Of a DNA stretch of 64,000 nucleotides, positions 12,879 through 25,937 are shown in pieces. Every line of letters starts with the position of its first letter. Within the stretch, counting starts at the first letter, position 1. The notes beneath the pieces were generated by a model. The model was given only the letters and a program-made list of their open reading frames with translations, was not told the origin of the DNA and did not search any database. This stretch comes from Nageia nagi. Taxonomy: Eukaryota; Plantae; Pinophyta. The DNA lies in contig JBITNC010000001.1 of NCBI GenBank assembly GCA_050084985.1, positions 164,982,001 through 165,046,000 of the forward strand. Reading direction: 5' to 3'. Both the position numbers and the translations under genes were made by a program.

Positions 12879-13037
12879 GTCAAAGTTCAGACATGGATAA
12901 ATGGCAGGAAGGCTGATGAATTTGTGGGGGTCAGTGCCAGGTTTGGCACTCGAATGGAATCAAAGGAGAAGGATGCTAACAGATCTCATCTTGTCCTTGC
13001 TGAACCTTCTGATAGCTGCTCTACTCTAAGAGAAAAG
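12879..13037 (+). CDS. SPPL2: SPPL exon A (159 nt): VKVQTWINGRKADEFVGVSARFGTRMESKEKDANRSHLVLAEPSDSCSTLREK
   Basis: Acceptor ttttgcag|GTC, donor AAG|gtgttt; 53 codons; matches the SPPL luminal region before the PA domain. Confidence 0.95.
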
Positions 13038-13140
13038 GTGTTTATTTCCCAGTCTTCTAGGAAAATGTTTTGAATGTTATCAGTCTCTTAACAAGTTTTT
13101 TTGTCATCCATGGAATATTTGACATTTTGTATTGCATTAG

Positions 13141-13252
13141 ATCAATGGAGATGCTGCACTGGTGCATCGGGGTAACTGTACATTCACACAAAAGGCCAAA
13201 GTCGCACAAAAAGCTGGTGCAGCAGCTGTTCTTGTTATAAATAACAAGGAAG
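13141..13252 (+). CDS. SPPL2: SPPL exon B (112 nt), PA domain: [37 protein letters not shown]
   Basis: Acceptor gcattag|ATC, donor GAAG|gtatag; canonical PA-domain motif RGNCTF..KA..AQ.AGA.AVLVIN. Confidence 0.95.
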
Positions 13253-16200
13253 GTATAGATTAATTTTTTATGGACATCGACTTATGCATTTAAAATATTA
13301 ATTATATAAAAGAGAAATTCAAAAAATTCTTCCTCATAGACAGTTAGACATTTTGACTTTTGCATCTGAGGAAATATTTTACACTGTTGACATGATCCTT
13401 ATTGACTTCAGTATTTTTGCAATTGAACTGATGTTCTGGTACACTGATTAATATTTGGACAGATCCAAATTGCATTGTTACCAGGGGATGCATCCCACCC
13501 CCCTCCAAAAAAAAAACAAAAAAAAAAAAAAACCTTTCCGTCCATCTCTTGCTCATCCCCAGTACAGGGGATGCCGTTGGGGACATTCCTTCCTGTCCAT
13601 TAGGATCTATAGCCATTTTGTTAGTAACTGTCTATTAGATCTTGACTGTATCCACATGATAGAAATGTAGGTTGTGAAAAATTATATTTCAAATCATGAC
13701 TTTTTTGGTTTTTGCATGATAGGTATCATGGATGATATGTCTCATTTATTTTTGTTGTTCTTATAGTTATACTTGCTGTCCTCCAGCCGTTTCCAAAAAT
13801 TGGATTGCCATCCCCTAACATCCTGGAAAACCCGTTCTCCGGTACCCCAGTCCCCCTGTCCATGACAGCTTTGTTCCATTGCTAAACCCATTACCATATT
13901 ATGATTCATGTTCAGCACCATGGACAAAGATGGTCAAGCCTTAATTGTTCCCATTAATAGTATTTGTTGTTAGTCAATTGAGGTGGACAAGAGCCTTGAA
14001 GATAAGGAACATCTATAACCTTGAGAACAATTTATTTGCATAATATATAGTCCCACAGTGAATGCACTCATGAGACCCATGTTTGATCCTCCTTTAACAA
14101 ATGTTCTGTTATAACAAATGTTCTGTTATAACAGATGCATGGAATCTCCTGGGATACTACAGTCACAGGAATACCCCAATATTGCAGTATATGCGTCAAA
14201 GATGTGCCTCCCGAATAGTCATCAAGTCCTCTGTCTTCAATGGTTGAAAACTTTGTTGTTCTAGTTTTGAATCTGTTGATTGGGCTTGTTAATATCTTTA
14301 TACTCTTCTTCTATTTTCCTAAAATTTGATTCATGGTATGTGACCGCTAGTTTTTGGGAGTTACCCATTCTTGGTGCTTTGTTTCTGAAGAGGATTGCCT
14401 CCTTCAGTGCTATTGAGTGTCCATGCAACTGTTATTTTGAGACCAGTTTGCCTTTTTCTTTATTGGCATATCAACATTCCTTTTCCGATTTCTTGGGCTT
14501 GTGAGGAGTTGAAGGCTGACATGAACTTTGACCAGCATCAGATGAAGTAGAAGGACTAGTCACCTCAAGACAGTAAACGCCCAGGTCCTGCTCTACCAAT
14601 GCCGCTTGATTGGTATTGTTATACTCGATGATGAGATGTCTTAGGTATGGCTTACCCTGGACTTTGATCTTCTTCGGTAGGCCTCTCCATGGAAGCCATA
14701 GGGACTTGAAACAAGTAGACTAGAATCCATTTAGTGTTTCGGACCAATCCCTGTTGAGCGGCATCCCATACTTTGGTGGTATCTGAACCACTTGAACATC
14801 TATGTCTCTTTTTATCCTTGGCTCGGATGCAATCTATATGCGCAAGTTGTGGATCATTACAACCACTCTAATCGGTGCATCATCCAATTGGGTTATCCCC
14901 TGCAGAATTTCAGCAATGGGCAAGTTCAACGCCTTTCACACCACATATGGCATGATGTTGGCTCCTGCACCAGAGTCCATCATACAATTGTGCAAATTTT
15001 TTCTGACCACCCTCAATGTGATTAAGAAAAGAAGGATAGCTCTCTTAGGCGTGTAGGTTTGAGTTTTTTCTAATGCCATTTGGATTTGGGCGGATGAGGG
15101 ATCCTCATTTGTCGTTGGCGGTGTTTGTTGCACTTGTTTAGGTCACCACTCTTGTTTTTGTTTATGCTTGGAGATGCCATTCAAGTGATCCATGACTTGC
15201 TTTCGTGGCTCATCAAATTCCATTAGATCCATCACACTAACGTTGACCTTAGTGTGCTTCAACACCAAAATGATGTTATAGGTTGGCTCACCTAACTCTT
15301 CTTTGGACTGAACTTGTTTCTTGCCACTCTCTCCTGCTTTGTCTTGATGGGAAGTATTCCCATGCTATACATGAGCTTTTTCTGGTCTAGGAACAATTGG
15401 TGTTGGTTGACGTTGAGTGACACTAGGTTGTGGAACCGGGCCGAGTGGAGGATTGTTTGAGGAGACTTGGTCCGAAGGCATCAGGAAACTATTGGGAGGA
15501 TTAGGTTTTGTCAACGGTTCCCTTTCCCTCCTATACCCAATAGCAGATCTCCTAGGAATTTCTTGTGTTGCATAAACAGGTTGGGAGATAGCTGGTATGG
15601 ATTCAGGTATCTCTTCATCTTGTGTTTCATCTTCTATGGTGGTGTATACCTCAAACATTTACGGCTCATTTTGGCTTTAAGAAGGATCTGCTCCATCAGG
15701 TGTAGTGAGTTCCCAATTGTGACTTTCTTGTTGAAACATGTTTATTGCATATGTGAATTCTGGACAAAACTCTTCTGCATTAGCGGCATTATGAATTCTG
15801 CACCAACTAGTAAGTGCAATCCCGGATAAGTCAACATTGTTTACTTGATAAGGCCTTGGATCTTTTGCCACGGGGTTAGACATTGTACCAGTGCCATTGT
15901 TTGGACCAGTGTTCTTGGGTCTATTGGCCTTCTGAAAATTCATGCTGCGTGGGTGATCACTGTTTTGTGCTTGTTGTTGGTTGAAGCCTGCATTATTTGG
16001 CCCTTTGTTGTTGCTATCCACCAACTTTTTCAGGAACAACTTGAAGTCATTTTGGTCTTTCTCCCTCTTTCCTAGCTCTCTTTGTCTTCTTGCTAGCTCT
16101 TGCTCCCTTTTTGCGAGCTCTTGATCTTTCTTCGAAGGCTCTTGGCTTTTAGAATCATTTGTAGATTGCCTTAGGAGCTGCTACAAGATATTGAGTTCCT

Positions 16201-17458
16201 CTTGGCTTGAGGTACTTTGTGCAAGATTGGGAGGGGATGGTTGTGAAAGCTGGCTCAAGAGTTGGACCAGAATATTGGTGTTCAATGGATTGGATTCTGA
16301 AGATGAGGAGGAGTTGCTAATGACAGGTGCGGCTGGAGAGAAATGTGTGGTATAGGTTAGGGCCAAAGGGTTTGGCTGAACCACATTTGCAGTCATAGGA
16401 ATATTTGGGAGTAGTGATTGCGTAGGGTTTGAAGCGGCTGGCTATGAAGGGGACTGAGGGTTGTTCAAGTTTAAGCCTTCTAGCAAATGCATAACGTTTG
16501 TCATCTTCTCTCCCTCATGTTCTATGTAAGTTGCCGTTCTATGGCAGCAACAATGTAGGCCCTTTGCAAAGACGTGACATTAGCTTCTCTTCTTACAAAT
16601 GGTGTTGTGAGGGGATCAAGAGCTCGGATATACATGCGCAATGCATCATTAGCTGAAATTGTGTGAGGCTACACTACTTTGGAATAAGCCTTCTGGAACC
16701 TATCATTGAAATTCGTGATTGGCTCATGAGAAAATTTCTTTGTATTTACAAATTGTTGATATAGTATATCTGGATCCATGGGTATTTGAAACCTTTGCTT
16801 GAATGATTCCTTTAACTGTGCCCAAGACGTGATAGACCTCGGAGTGAGGTTGATATGCTAGTCTTTTGTGCGACCTTCAAGAGTCGAGGGAAACAGTCTG
16901 CAGGCTACATCTTCATTCTCAACATAGAGTCGAGTCAATGTATCAATGTACAACTGGATGTGATCTTTCGTTGACACTAGGTTGTCAATGTTAAATTTTT
17001 GAAAATGTTTTTCATAGTCCTTAGGCAAATCATGCTGAATTCCTAGAATGTAGATATGACTTGATCTCAACCAAGTTGGAGGTGGGTTTGTCATTCTTCT
17101 TCTTGGTTGTGGTGCATCTTCGGCTTGTGGTTGGGGACCTAATTGCACTTGTATGTTTGGTTGTGTTTGCACACTAGGTTGTGTTTGTATACTTTGTTGC
17201 ATATTATTCAAGAGAGGAACCAAGTTCTTTGGTGAGCTAGGACTTGTGACAGATGCGTTAGATGAGGGTGAGGTAGAAGTATCTCGAGGAGCTTGAATTC
17301 GAGCTTCGCCTGACTCTTGGGGATTTTCCACTTCTTGTTTAGGCTTAGCCTTGTTCTTGTTCGACTTCAAGTCGTATGTGAAATCTTTCCTAGGTCCTAG
17401 CTCGATAAGATACTACTAGAGAAACAACTCTTCACTGGATTCAAAGATAGTTCATGGT

Positions 17459-17474
17459 CCTTCTTCTAGCACCA
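17459..17474 (-). promoter_or_regulatory. Primer-binding site complementary to the tRNA-Asn 3' end
   Basis: Minus strand reads TGGTGCTAGAAGAAGG; the complement of plant tRNA-Asn(GUU) as recalled is TGGCGCTAGAAGGAGG (2 transitions). Confidence 0.7.
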
Positions 17475-17479
17475 ATTTA

Positions 17480-20400
17480 TGTTGGGGGCTTTTTCTTTCC
17501 TACCTTGCGGATAGGCAAATGACTTTGCAAGGCTTAAGGAAGAGACCAACACCTAGGTGGAAGGGTGTTACCCCTACTTGCTATGAGGATTGGTACCTCA
17601 AAGGTCTTGTGAAATGGATGTGCAAAAACAGACTCAGAAGACTGGCTAGGATGTTTAAAGCTATTACCAACTAAAATGAAATTTGTTAACCAGGGACTCG
17701 AAGTGACCCTGTTTCCAGAAGAACGGTTGTTTCTCAAACCAACAAATAAAAGGGGTTGTGAAAGCTGCGGGAAAAAAGTGAAAAATAAAGAAAAAGTTTG
17801 AGTAGACAGTGATATGTGAGTTTAGTACAAGTGTTCAATGGTCTCATTGACTAGTACAGGTCTCAAGAACCAACTCTCACATGCTTGTTACAAGTTCCAT
17901 GCACTTCGGATCCGCCTTGCTAGCCAACAATACAAATGGCCTAGCAAGAGGAGCTTGAAGCGAAGATAATGATGGTAACTGATGGGATGTGGGTAGACCT
18001 TGGACAAGGGAGTGAAGTTCCTATGCTAAGCAACATATGGGAGCCATCTTGAAGTGTACAAATCTAAAATGCAAACTATGAATCATTACACAACCATGCA
18101 TTACTTGAAGTACTTCTAAAGATATTCAAGCACTCTTTTGTCCACCTTAAGCAAGATTTACAAAATGCACAAAGTACTCAAGACAACACAAGATAGTAAC
18201 ATCCAACCACATTCATAATTCCAAACAAATGAAAGCATTCACCATTCAATTACTTAAATTATATCATATTCACAAATTGAAACAAACTTGCTTGGTTGAA
18301 AATATTGATTAAGTTCATCAATTTGTAAAAATGTCTAATCCCTTAACAAATGAGCCCTTATGGGCTATAAATAGTTTTTTTTGCAACTCAAAGTGTTTAC
18401 CTAATCCTAATTACATCTTTCAAGGAAAACAAACGAGGTCCAATAATAAACTGCCACATGGCGTTACAAGATCTCTTCCAAACTCGTGGGAGCAAATCCT
18501 CATTCGTCACAAGTTTGGGGACATAATAATAATAATAATAAGCAAGGTTTCAACATGAATCAAAAATGGCGGAGCGTGGGAGCGGCAGAAACATGTTCCT
18601 GAGAAGGGGAATGATTGAGGTCATTTTTAGGCAACTCCCTGGAAACGGCACGGGGAGCGGCTAGTATAATACTACTAATTTTTTGATTTATCATTTTTTA
18701 AATGTTACTATTTCTAATTCATTATTATTATTGATTCAATCATATATACAACACTTGGAACTTAAATTAGAAATCAAGTATGAATCATAATATCAAAATA
18801 AGCCATAATCAATGATCATAATGCCATAAAATCATTAAATATGAATCAGTCTAGTACATTATGATAGATCTAAAATCTCAAATCATTAAATGATAATGTT
18901 TTTCAATTGGAATGCTTTATGTTATTTTTTTTTGTTTTGGGGATGGAGGCATTAGTGGGACTCACCCTCACTTTTTTTTTAATTATGAGTTTTTTTAAGG
19001 GAGGGCAACAGGCTCCCAAGTATGCTCCTGTGTTCCTAGAGTGGGGGAACGTTGCAAGCGGATGCCCAAAAGGGGGAGCGCGTTCCTGTGGAACTTTGAT
19101 AATAAGTCTTGTTGCAGAAAATAAAATGTTTTTTGAAAATAAAATAACTATGATGATGGTGGCCCCAAGGTTGCAACTTTGTCCTCGAAATCCTCCTCCA
19201 AGAATTTGGCTGTGAATTTCAAACCGCGCGCTATCTCAGAAGTCTTCCCAAAATTCTTTGCCATGCAACCTTTAGCATTATGGATGATGCTCTCCATCTC
19301 CAGCTTTCAAGCATGAGCCTTCAACATGTGCTTGGCATGACTCCCAGTGTGATATGCATTGATGTCCTCGGTTAGCAACAAGCTTTGGAGTAGATGCCTC
19401 ACTTCGGCGACCACTACGTCTGATTCTCTGATGATGGTGTCTTCCTCAAGGAACTTAACTTCATATTCCATCTGCTCCAACCTTGAGTTTGTCGTATTGT
19501 TAATCTTCCTGACCTCCTTGCTCACTTCTTGAAAGTGAGTATTCATTTGGTGCACCATCCATAAGTAGAACAAATATTCATCGTAGAAATTGCCATCTTC
19601 TTGTCTCTAATTTTGAGGCATCTTAAAGTTCTCAACAATAGGTCTCCAAAACTCCAATCTTCTAAGGAAATCAATTCTGCTCATCACAATCTCCTTCAGC
19701 TTCTCCTCTTTGATGGAAATCTTTTTCAAGGCCTTGACAAACTGCCACCACTGCTAATACTTCTTCAATCAACTCTTCTTTGACGACAACCAACCCTTCC
19801 TTTAATGGTTTCAATTTCTTGAGCTCTTCAGGGGGCACCTTTATGGATTCAATTTCTCTTGTCAGTCTCTTTTGGGTGGATAACTCTTTATTTAGACTCT
19901 TAATCTCTTTCTCCTTTTGCAGCCCATCCTTGGCAATTGCATCCGCATTGGCTATGATAGAGTGCTTCCTACCCACAATTCTTATAGGGCTTGTGTTGAT
20001 GACCTGGTTGATTTGCTTGAGGTCTTTAGGTCTTTGTGGGTTTGCCTTGTCTGTGTACACCATCATGATGTGAACTGCATCATTAGTCGTGCGCTCAACT
20101 TGAAAGTGCATGACCTTTGGATGTTCGACATCCTAGCTCTCCCACTCGCCCATTTTGTCCTTGTGCTCGCGACATGACCTTGACTTGTTCCATATTTATA
20201 TTTCCTAGGGCCCAAACTTCTCAAAGTTTGTCTTTTCAAAACGTGCGCCCATCCCTTTTGGCATGACAGTTTGAACGCATGCCTCCAAAAGTAAAAAAAT
20301 TGTCTTTTTGGAGCGTGCGTTGGGTTGCTCTTGCCTAGTTTGGCTTGTTTTCAGACCTTTTGTGAGAACAACTTAGCCAAATTTCGTCATTCTTGTTGAG

Positions 20401-21119
20401 TTGGAGCTTCCTTGGGTCAGGCACATGCCATAGGAAGTCAAGATTTTGTCTTTTGAAACCATGTACTTGCCCTCTTGGTCATGCTTGAGCTAGATGCTAG
20501 CTTTGAAGTTCCATGCCTTAACCAATTTTCATCATGAGCCCAATCTGGACATCCTCTTGCCTTGAGCGCATGCTCCCAAAAGACAATATTTTGTCTTTTT
20601 GAAAGGTGCGCTCAACCTTGGAGTGCTTCATCTTCACTTTTTCACCTTATGTTCATCTCGGGTGGCCTCTTGAACTAGGTGCATGCCCCCAAAAGACAAA
20701 GATTTTGTCTTTTTGAGGGGTGCGCCTGGCTTTAAGTGCACCAAAGTTGTCTTTTTCGCCCTTTTTTCAGACCTAGATGGCTCCTAGATCCACAAAATTT
20801 TGTCTTTTGGAGATATGTGCTGGACCTTGGGGTGGTCCACTTTTGCTTGACTTGACTTGGACTTGACTAGGATTTTTCTTCCTTGGCCTGGACTCGACTT
20901 TTGGTTTCCAGACTTAGTCATTTTTTTAGAAATTTAGGTTTTGTTTGATGTGACAAAGACTGGATGAATAACAATACCTAGGCTTGGGATGATAGACGTG
21001 ATAACCAGGTAGCCGAAGCTTTCAAATAGACGTGAAAAGGACATGACATCATGTGGATCAGAGTTGCTGAGGGTCCTCAAAATCGTAGGATTTTGGGGTG
21101 TGTTGTGTTAGTCAAAACA
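17480..21119 (-). repeat. 5' LTR (~3.1 kb excluding the MITE) containing the C-terminal part of the LTR-borne ORF (~19130-20170)
   Basis: 17480-17620 is the reverse complement of the end of solo LTR 23266-25638, and 21091-21119 matches its start. ORF 19671-20111 is homologous to 522-740. Confidence 0.85.
18543..19098. mobile_element. hAT MITE (556 bp), same family as 47339-48377
   Basis: Perfect 8-bp TSD ATAATAAG (18535-18542, 19099-19106). Termini CAAGGTTTCAAC / GGAACTTTG. Left end aligns by eye with 47339-47640. Confidence 0.9.
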
Positions 21120-21942
21120 CCTTTCTCATTTCTTTTTTGAAATTATTGTATAAAGACATGTTGATTAGTCATGAGAAACTCTGTCATAGTCTTTTATCTC
21201 TTTTTAGAGATCCATTGTATAGAGTTCCCAAATAAATAAAACTTCGGATTCTGTTTGTATAATTTAACATTGTTCGTTGTGTTATTGATGATTCTATGTT
21301 TTTTCGTTTCTCTCTGTGTGTTCTTTCTAGATTCGTGTCTGTTATGTTACACTAGATTCAGTAATTTGATGTGTCGTTACCTTGATCACTTCTTAAATCC
21401 AAAGAGCTTCAATCATCAGTAGCAATTATGTTTAGAGGTTTGACAGGTGATAAATCTAGTTGTACCACAAATATTAAGATTTAGCAAGGCATTCATGGCT
21501 AATTTTTGTACCAACGTTTCGACATACCTTACCAGCTGGGAATTTTTTCCAATAATATGATCCATTCCTCTCAGACATTCATATGTTTCTACTAATTCAC
21601 TTGGAAGGTTCCTGTCCATCCTAGTGGCTTTCAGAGTCATTCTAATGACGTCTCTCTACCATCCTACTAGAGAAGCTTGACAATTGATTGGTTACACCCA
21701 GATTAATTTTCCTTGAAATCTAACAAAGAACATGGTTACAGACTGCTGTTGATAATTTGCAACATGTGGCACTCATGTCTCTTTCTGTTTGAAATCCAGT
21801 TGTTGACATACTTGTATCGTGGAAAGTTAGTTTGTTATGATATTATTAGAAGAATTTCTTAATTCAAATATTTCTGCACTACATTAAAATTTATGAACTT
21901 GCTACTCAACCCAATGATTGTTGGTTGTATTGAATTTTTTAG

Positions 21943-22062
21943 AGCTTTACAAGATGGTATGTGCATCAAATGAAACCACAGTGGACATAAGAATTCCTGT
22001 TGTTTTGCTGCCCAAGACTGCAGGCAGAACCTTGGAACATAGTTTGGCTAATGGTCGAACAG
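21943..22062 (+). CDS. SPPL2: SPPL exon C (120 nt): (E)LYKMVCASNETTVDIRIPVVLLPKTAGRTLEHSLANGRT
   Basis: Acceptor ttttttag|AGCTT, donor ACAG|gtatgt; phase 1 at both ends; ELYKMVC and IPVVLLP motifs. Confidence 0.95.
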
Positions 22063-23265
22063 GTATGTTATACAGTATTTTGATAACACAAGGATTTACA
22101 TATGTTCTTTCAATGATTTTTGGCAAAGAGAATTTTATGAATATTTGTGCCAGTTTTTCTTAAAGCTTGTACTTTTTTAGATGATACTACTGTTTTCAAC
22201 ATGTGTAGGTTAACCATTTGTAGTCTATTTTGGCACCTGCATCCTATTGACTTTTAAGTTGTACTTTTGAGATGTATTGGTTTCTGTCTGAATTGTACCC
22301 CCATTCTTCTCGTATTTCGATTAGAACATACTAGTGGTCTATGTCTTCTCAGCTTTCTTTTAATGAATTCAAATGTCAATAACCCAGTTAGTATAGCTTC
22401 AATTTGCCTGAAATTTGGACTGTAATTTTATTAGTTTGTCTTCTAATAGCTTGCCAAAATGGAAGGAAGAGTGAGATATTTGCTTTTTTTTCAGACCTTC
22501 AAACTAAATTATTGATTATCATCTGTAGTAGCCAAGATAGTTCCTTTGATACCACGTTACAAAATAGCCTATGAACTTATTGTAGCAGAATAACATAATT
22601 AAAAGAGCATCTGAAGAACAATGTCATCATGCAATTACAATTGAACAATAACAATAGACAATTCCAGATGATCGAGCAACAGAAGTTCAAAAAATGATTG
22701 CCTTTGTACTTCAAGGATTCAGCCCAAAATATCTGCAGTAAGCAATCAAGATACAAGTTTCCAAGTATGATGATTATGAGCCTTACATGTGTACCTATTT
22801 ATATGATATTATTTCTTTTAATTGGCAATCTCTATGTATGAGGTCTACTATCCATGTGTACGAGAATCAACCACTAATGTGTAGCTAACAGCCTAACATA
22901 GTTTAATGAGCTGAACTAGGGCTTAAGCATGGATGCACAATTACTCAATTCCAATTTACCATTCATTCATCAAAGTAGGGCAAAACTGAAATACTCAACA
23001 TCCATTCAGTTATGCTTTTAATGACAATAAACCAGATCTGAAATATAACAGAAATAATGCTTTTTATGTCATGTAAACCATTCAAACTAGGGCACAAATG
23101 CAGATCTGTTATGTAATAGAATTATGCATCCAAACACCTCAATTATTAAGCATTCTCATTCATGAATATCAATAACAATACAATAGTAGTAAAAGAGCAT
23201 TCATGCACATATCAAATCAATGAGAACTAAAATATAATATATAATAATCAAGAATTGAACGAAGG

Positions 23266-25638
23266 TGTTGTGGCTTCCACAACACACCCCAAATTTGAGT
23301 GGCCTAGGAGGAGTGACCGAACCAATGGTGTCTTGGGATCATGAGGCTTTGGAGATCACAATTGGTGAAAATGAGCAAAATTGAATTTTTGGTAGCAACA
23401 AAGTGAGATTTTGACTTAGTCCTCCTCAAACGCATATCCTCAAGGAGACAACCTATTTGTCTCTCCCTAGATTTACGCCATACTTGTGAGAGCTCCAGAA
23501 GATCATTTCAAGCAACTAAGGCCAAATTTGACTAAGTCTGGTACACCTTTTGCCTTGGCTCAAGTTGGAAGGGAGACAAACTCCTTTACCCAAGGGAGAC
23601 TTGCGATGGGCTTGTCTCTTTTCCTTGTTGGCGCAAATGCAAGATAGGACATCCACTTTGACTACTCCAAGACTTGCACCAGCATCCCAAAGACTTAATA
23701 TCAACGACAAGGGTGGAAATTGACTAAGTACCAGACACAAAAATTCCTCCTATACCCTAGCGCAAGTTAGACAGGAGATAAACATCTTGTCTTCTCCAGG
23801 ATGTGCATTCGAATCATGCATACCTTCGTGGCAAAAGTGTGATCCAATATAACTTTCTTGACTCACCTTGGACTTGCGCCAGCCTTATAAGAGCCTCAGA
23901 AGATAATTTCAAACAATAATGACAAAGCTTGGCCAAGTCCCATTCAGGAGCATCCTTTTGGGGAGACAACACTCATGTCCTCTTCAAGATTTGTGCTAGC
24001 CTTCTGGAGATCTTAAATGACCAATACAGATGACCAAGGAAGCAAAAATGGCTAAGTACCATGCTTGGCAACATCTTAGAGCCTAGGCGCAAATGTGAAG
24101 GGAGACAAGGTTCATGTCTCACTTTGGATCTCTTCCAAGTCAATTGGTCGTAACTGTGAAGGGAGACAAAGTTCTTGTCTCAGTTTGGATCTCCCCAAGT
24201 CAGTTGGTTGCAAATGTGAAGGGAGACAAGGTTCTTATCTCACTTCGGATCTCCCCCAAGTCAGTCTCCTCTTCCAGGTGTAAATCCAGACTAAGACAAG
24301 GGTGGTGACCTCCAAAAGAATTTCGCCAACACTCCAAACTCTCCAGAAGACAATTCTAGGAAACAAAGACAAACTTTGACTAAGTATGGAGCATTTTCTA
24401 CCTAGGTGCAAGTTTGGGTGGAGACAAGCTCCTTGACACACTAGAGATGTGCACTAGGACTATCTCTCTTTGGTGCAAGTCCAAATCAAGACAAGATTGT
24501 GATGGATTCGAAATCTAATATATTTTTGTTAAAGCTTTGTGATGGATGAAGATTTGCTCTCACAAGTGTGGACTCGATCTTGTAGCACCATGTGGTGTGT
24601 GTTTACTGAACCATTGTTAATTAGGGTTAATTTAGGTGAATTTTATTTGAATTTACATTAGGATTAGGATTTCCTTGCAAAACTATAAGTAGCCCTAAAG
24701 GGCTCATTTGTGGGGGATGGAATTTTGGAATTTGGACAAGAACGTTTGGAACTAGATGAGTAGAGTAATTTTTTCTATCCAATACTTGTCTATTGTGAAT
24801 GTGGCATCATCTTTTGAATGAAATGTGCACAACTCCATTTTATGGTACTATGAACATTGGCATGTGATGTTAATTATTGATGTTTATTGCTTAGATGCTT
24901 GGAACATTTCATAAACCTCTTGAGGGGTGGGTGAAAGAGTGATTGAATATCTCTTCGAAGTATTGAATGTGATGCATGGTTAATGATTGTTCATAGTATG
25001 CAACTAGACTTTTATAACTTTGAAAGTGGGTTCCTTTATAACGTTTAGTGTGTGAACTTCATCCACATATGAAAAGTGTCATCTTTGTGCCCTTAGATGC
25101 ATGCTCCCTTCAATAGTCCCTTCATGTTATTGGCTAATGCAAGTGGATGACTCCTTCTAGACCCTTCATGTAGTCTGGCTAGGATGAAAGGATGTGTGGA
25201 TGCGTGGAACTCACAACGAACCCGAAGGAACTTGGCCTTTAGACACTGTACTAGTCGGTGGAGCTTGTTGCAAAGAGCTGAAGTCATATGCCTCAAGTCA
25301 TTTTCAATTCTCCTTGCTAGTTTTCTTTTATTTTACACTTTTTTTTGCAACTTTCGCAACCCCTATTTTGTTTACCTTGTTTGAGAAACAACCCTTGTCT
25401 AAGTATGAAGACAATCCGAGTCCTTGATTAACAAATTTTATTTGAGTTAGTGTCAGCTTCAAACATCCTAACCAGTCTCTTGTGTCAATTCTTGCACACC
25501 CATTTCTCGAGACCTTTGAGGTAACCAGTCCTCATAGCGGGTAGGGGTCATGCTCTTCCACCTAGGTGTTGGTGTCTTCCGTAAGCCTTGCAAGCCAATT
25601 TGCCTATTCGTAGGGTAGGAAAGAAAAACGGCCCAACA
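23266..25638 (+). mobile_element. Solo LTR (2373 bp) of the Athila/Tat-type group, with no ORF cassette
   Basis: TGTTG...CAACA termini. TSD GAAGG/GTAGG; the empty site in the sister LTR at ~31482 reads GCAGG. Its 3' end is homologous to 17480-17620. Confidence 0.9.
24094..24262. repeat. Tandem repeat, ~61-bp unit x ~3, inside LTR U3
   Basis: tgtgaagggagacaa(g/a)gttc...ggatctc..ccaagtca is repeated three times. Confidence 0.8.
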
Positions 25639-25937
25639 GTAGGTCTATAACAAGCCTGTAACAAGTTTTAAGGCATCACCCAAGACTTCCAAAATGCACC
25701 ACAAGACTCCCCAAAGGTTGGTGTAACACTCCTAAGGCTTCAAACTGATAAATGATGATAACGCAAGCCAACATCGCTCAACTAGGGCAGATATGGAGTG
25801 TATAATGATGAAAAACCCTAGGGTTTTTGTCCTAGGGCTCTCTTAGATAATGAGGGTTTTCATCCTTAGATAATGAGGGTTTTCGTCCTTAATGCCTAAC
25901 TCAAGTGGGTTTTCATCCACAAGAGTGGGTTTGGAGA

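Larger units (their letters stand above)
14170..21119 (-). mobile_element. 3'-truncated Athila/Tat-type Ty3/gypsy retrotransposon: 5' LTR 17480-21119, PBS, gag, aspartic protease; no RT, RNase H or integrase seen
   Basis: LTR termini are TG...CA. The PBS lies 5 nt inside. Gag shows LFPSTLEG...SITSWAQLKESFKQRF (Retrotrans_gag-like, 17370 downward). Protease LHNCMMDSGAGANIMP is at ~14950-15000. The left boundary is approximate. Confidence 0.85.

Noticed and set aside
22540-22901. Additional LTR element (reverse PBS ctttgatacca at ~22544-22554 followed by LTR-like sequence)
   Set aside because: No coding remnant, partner LTR or TSD could be identified by eye.
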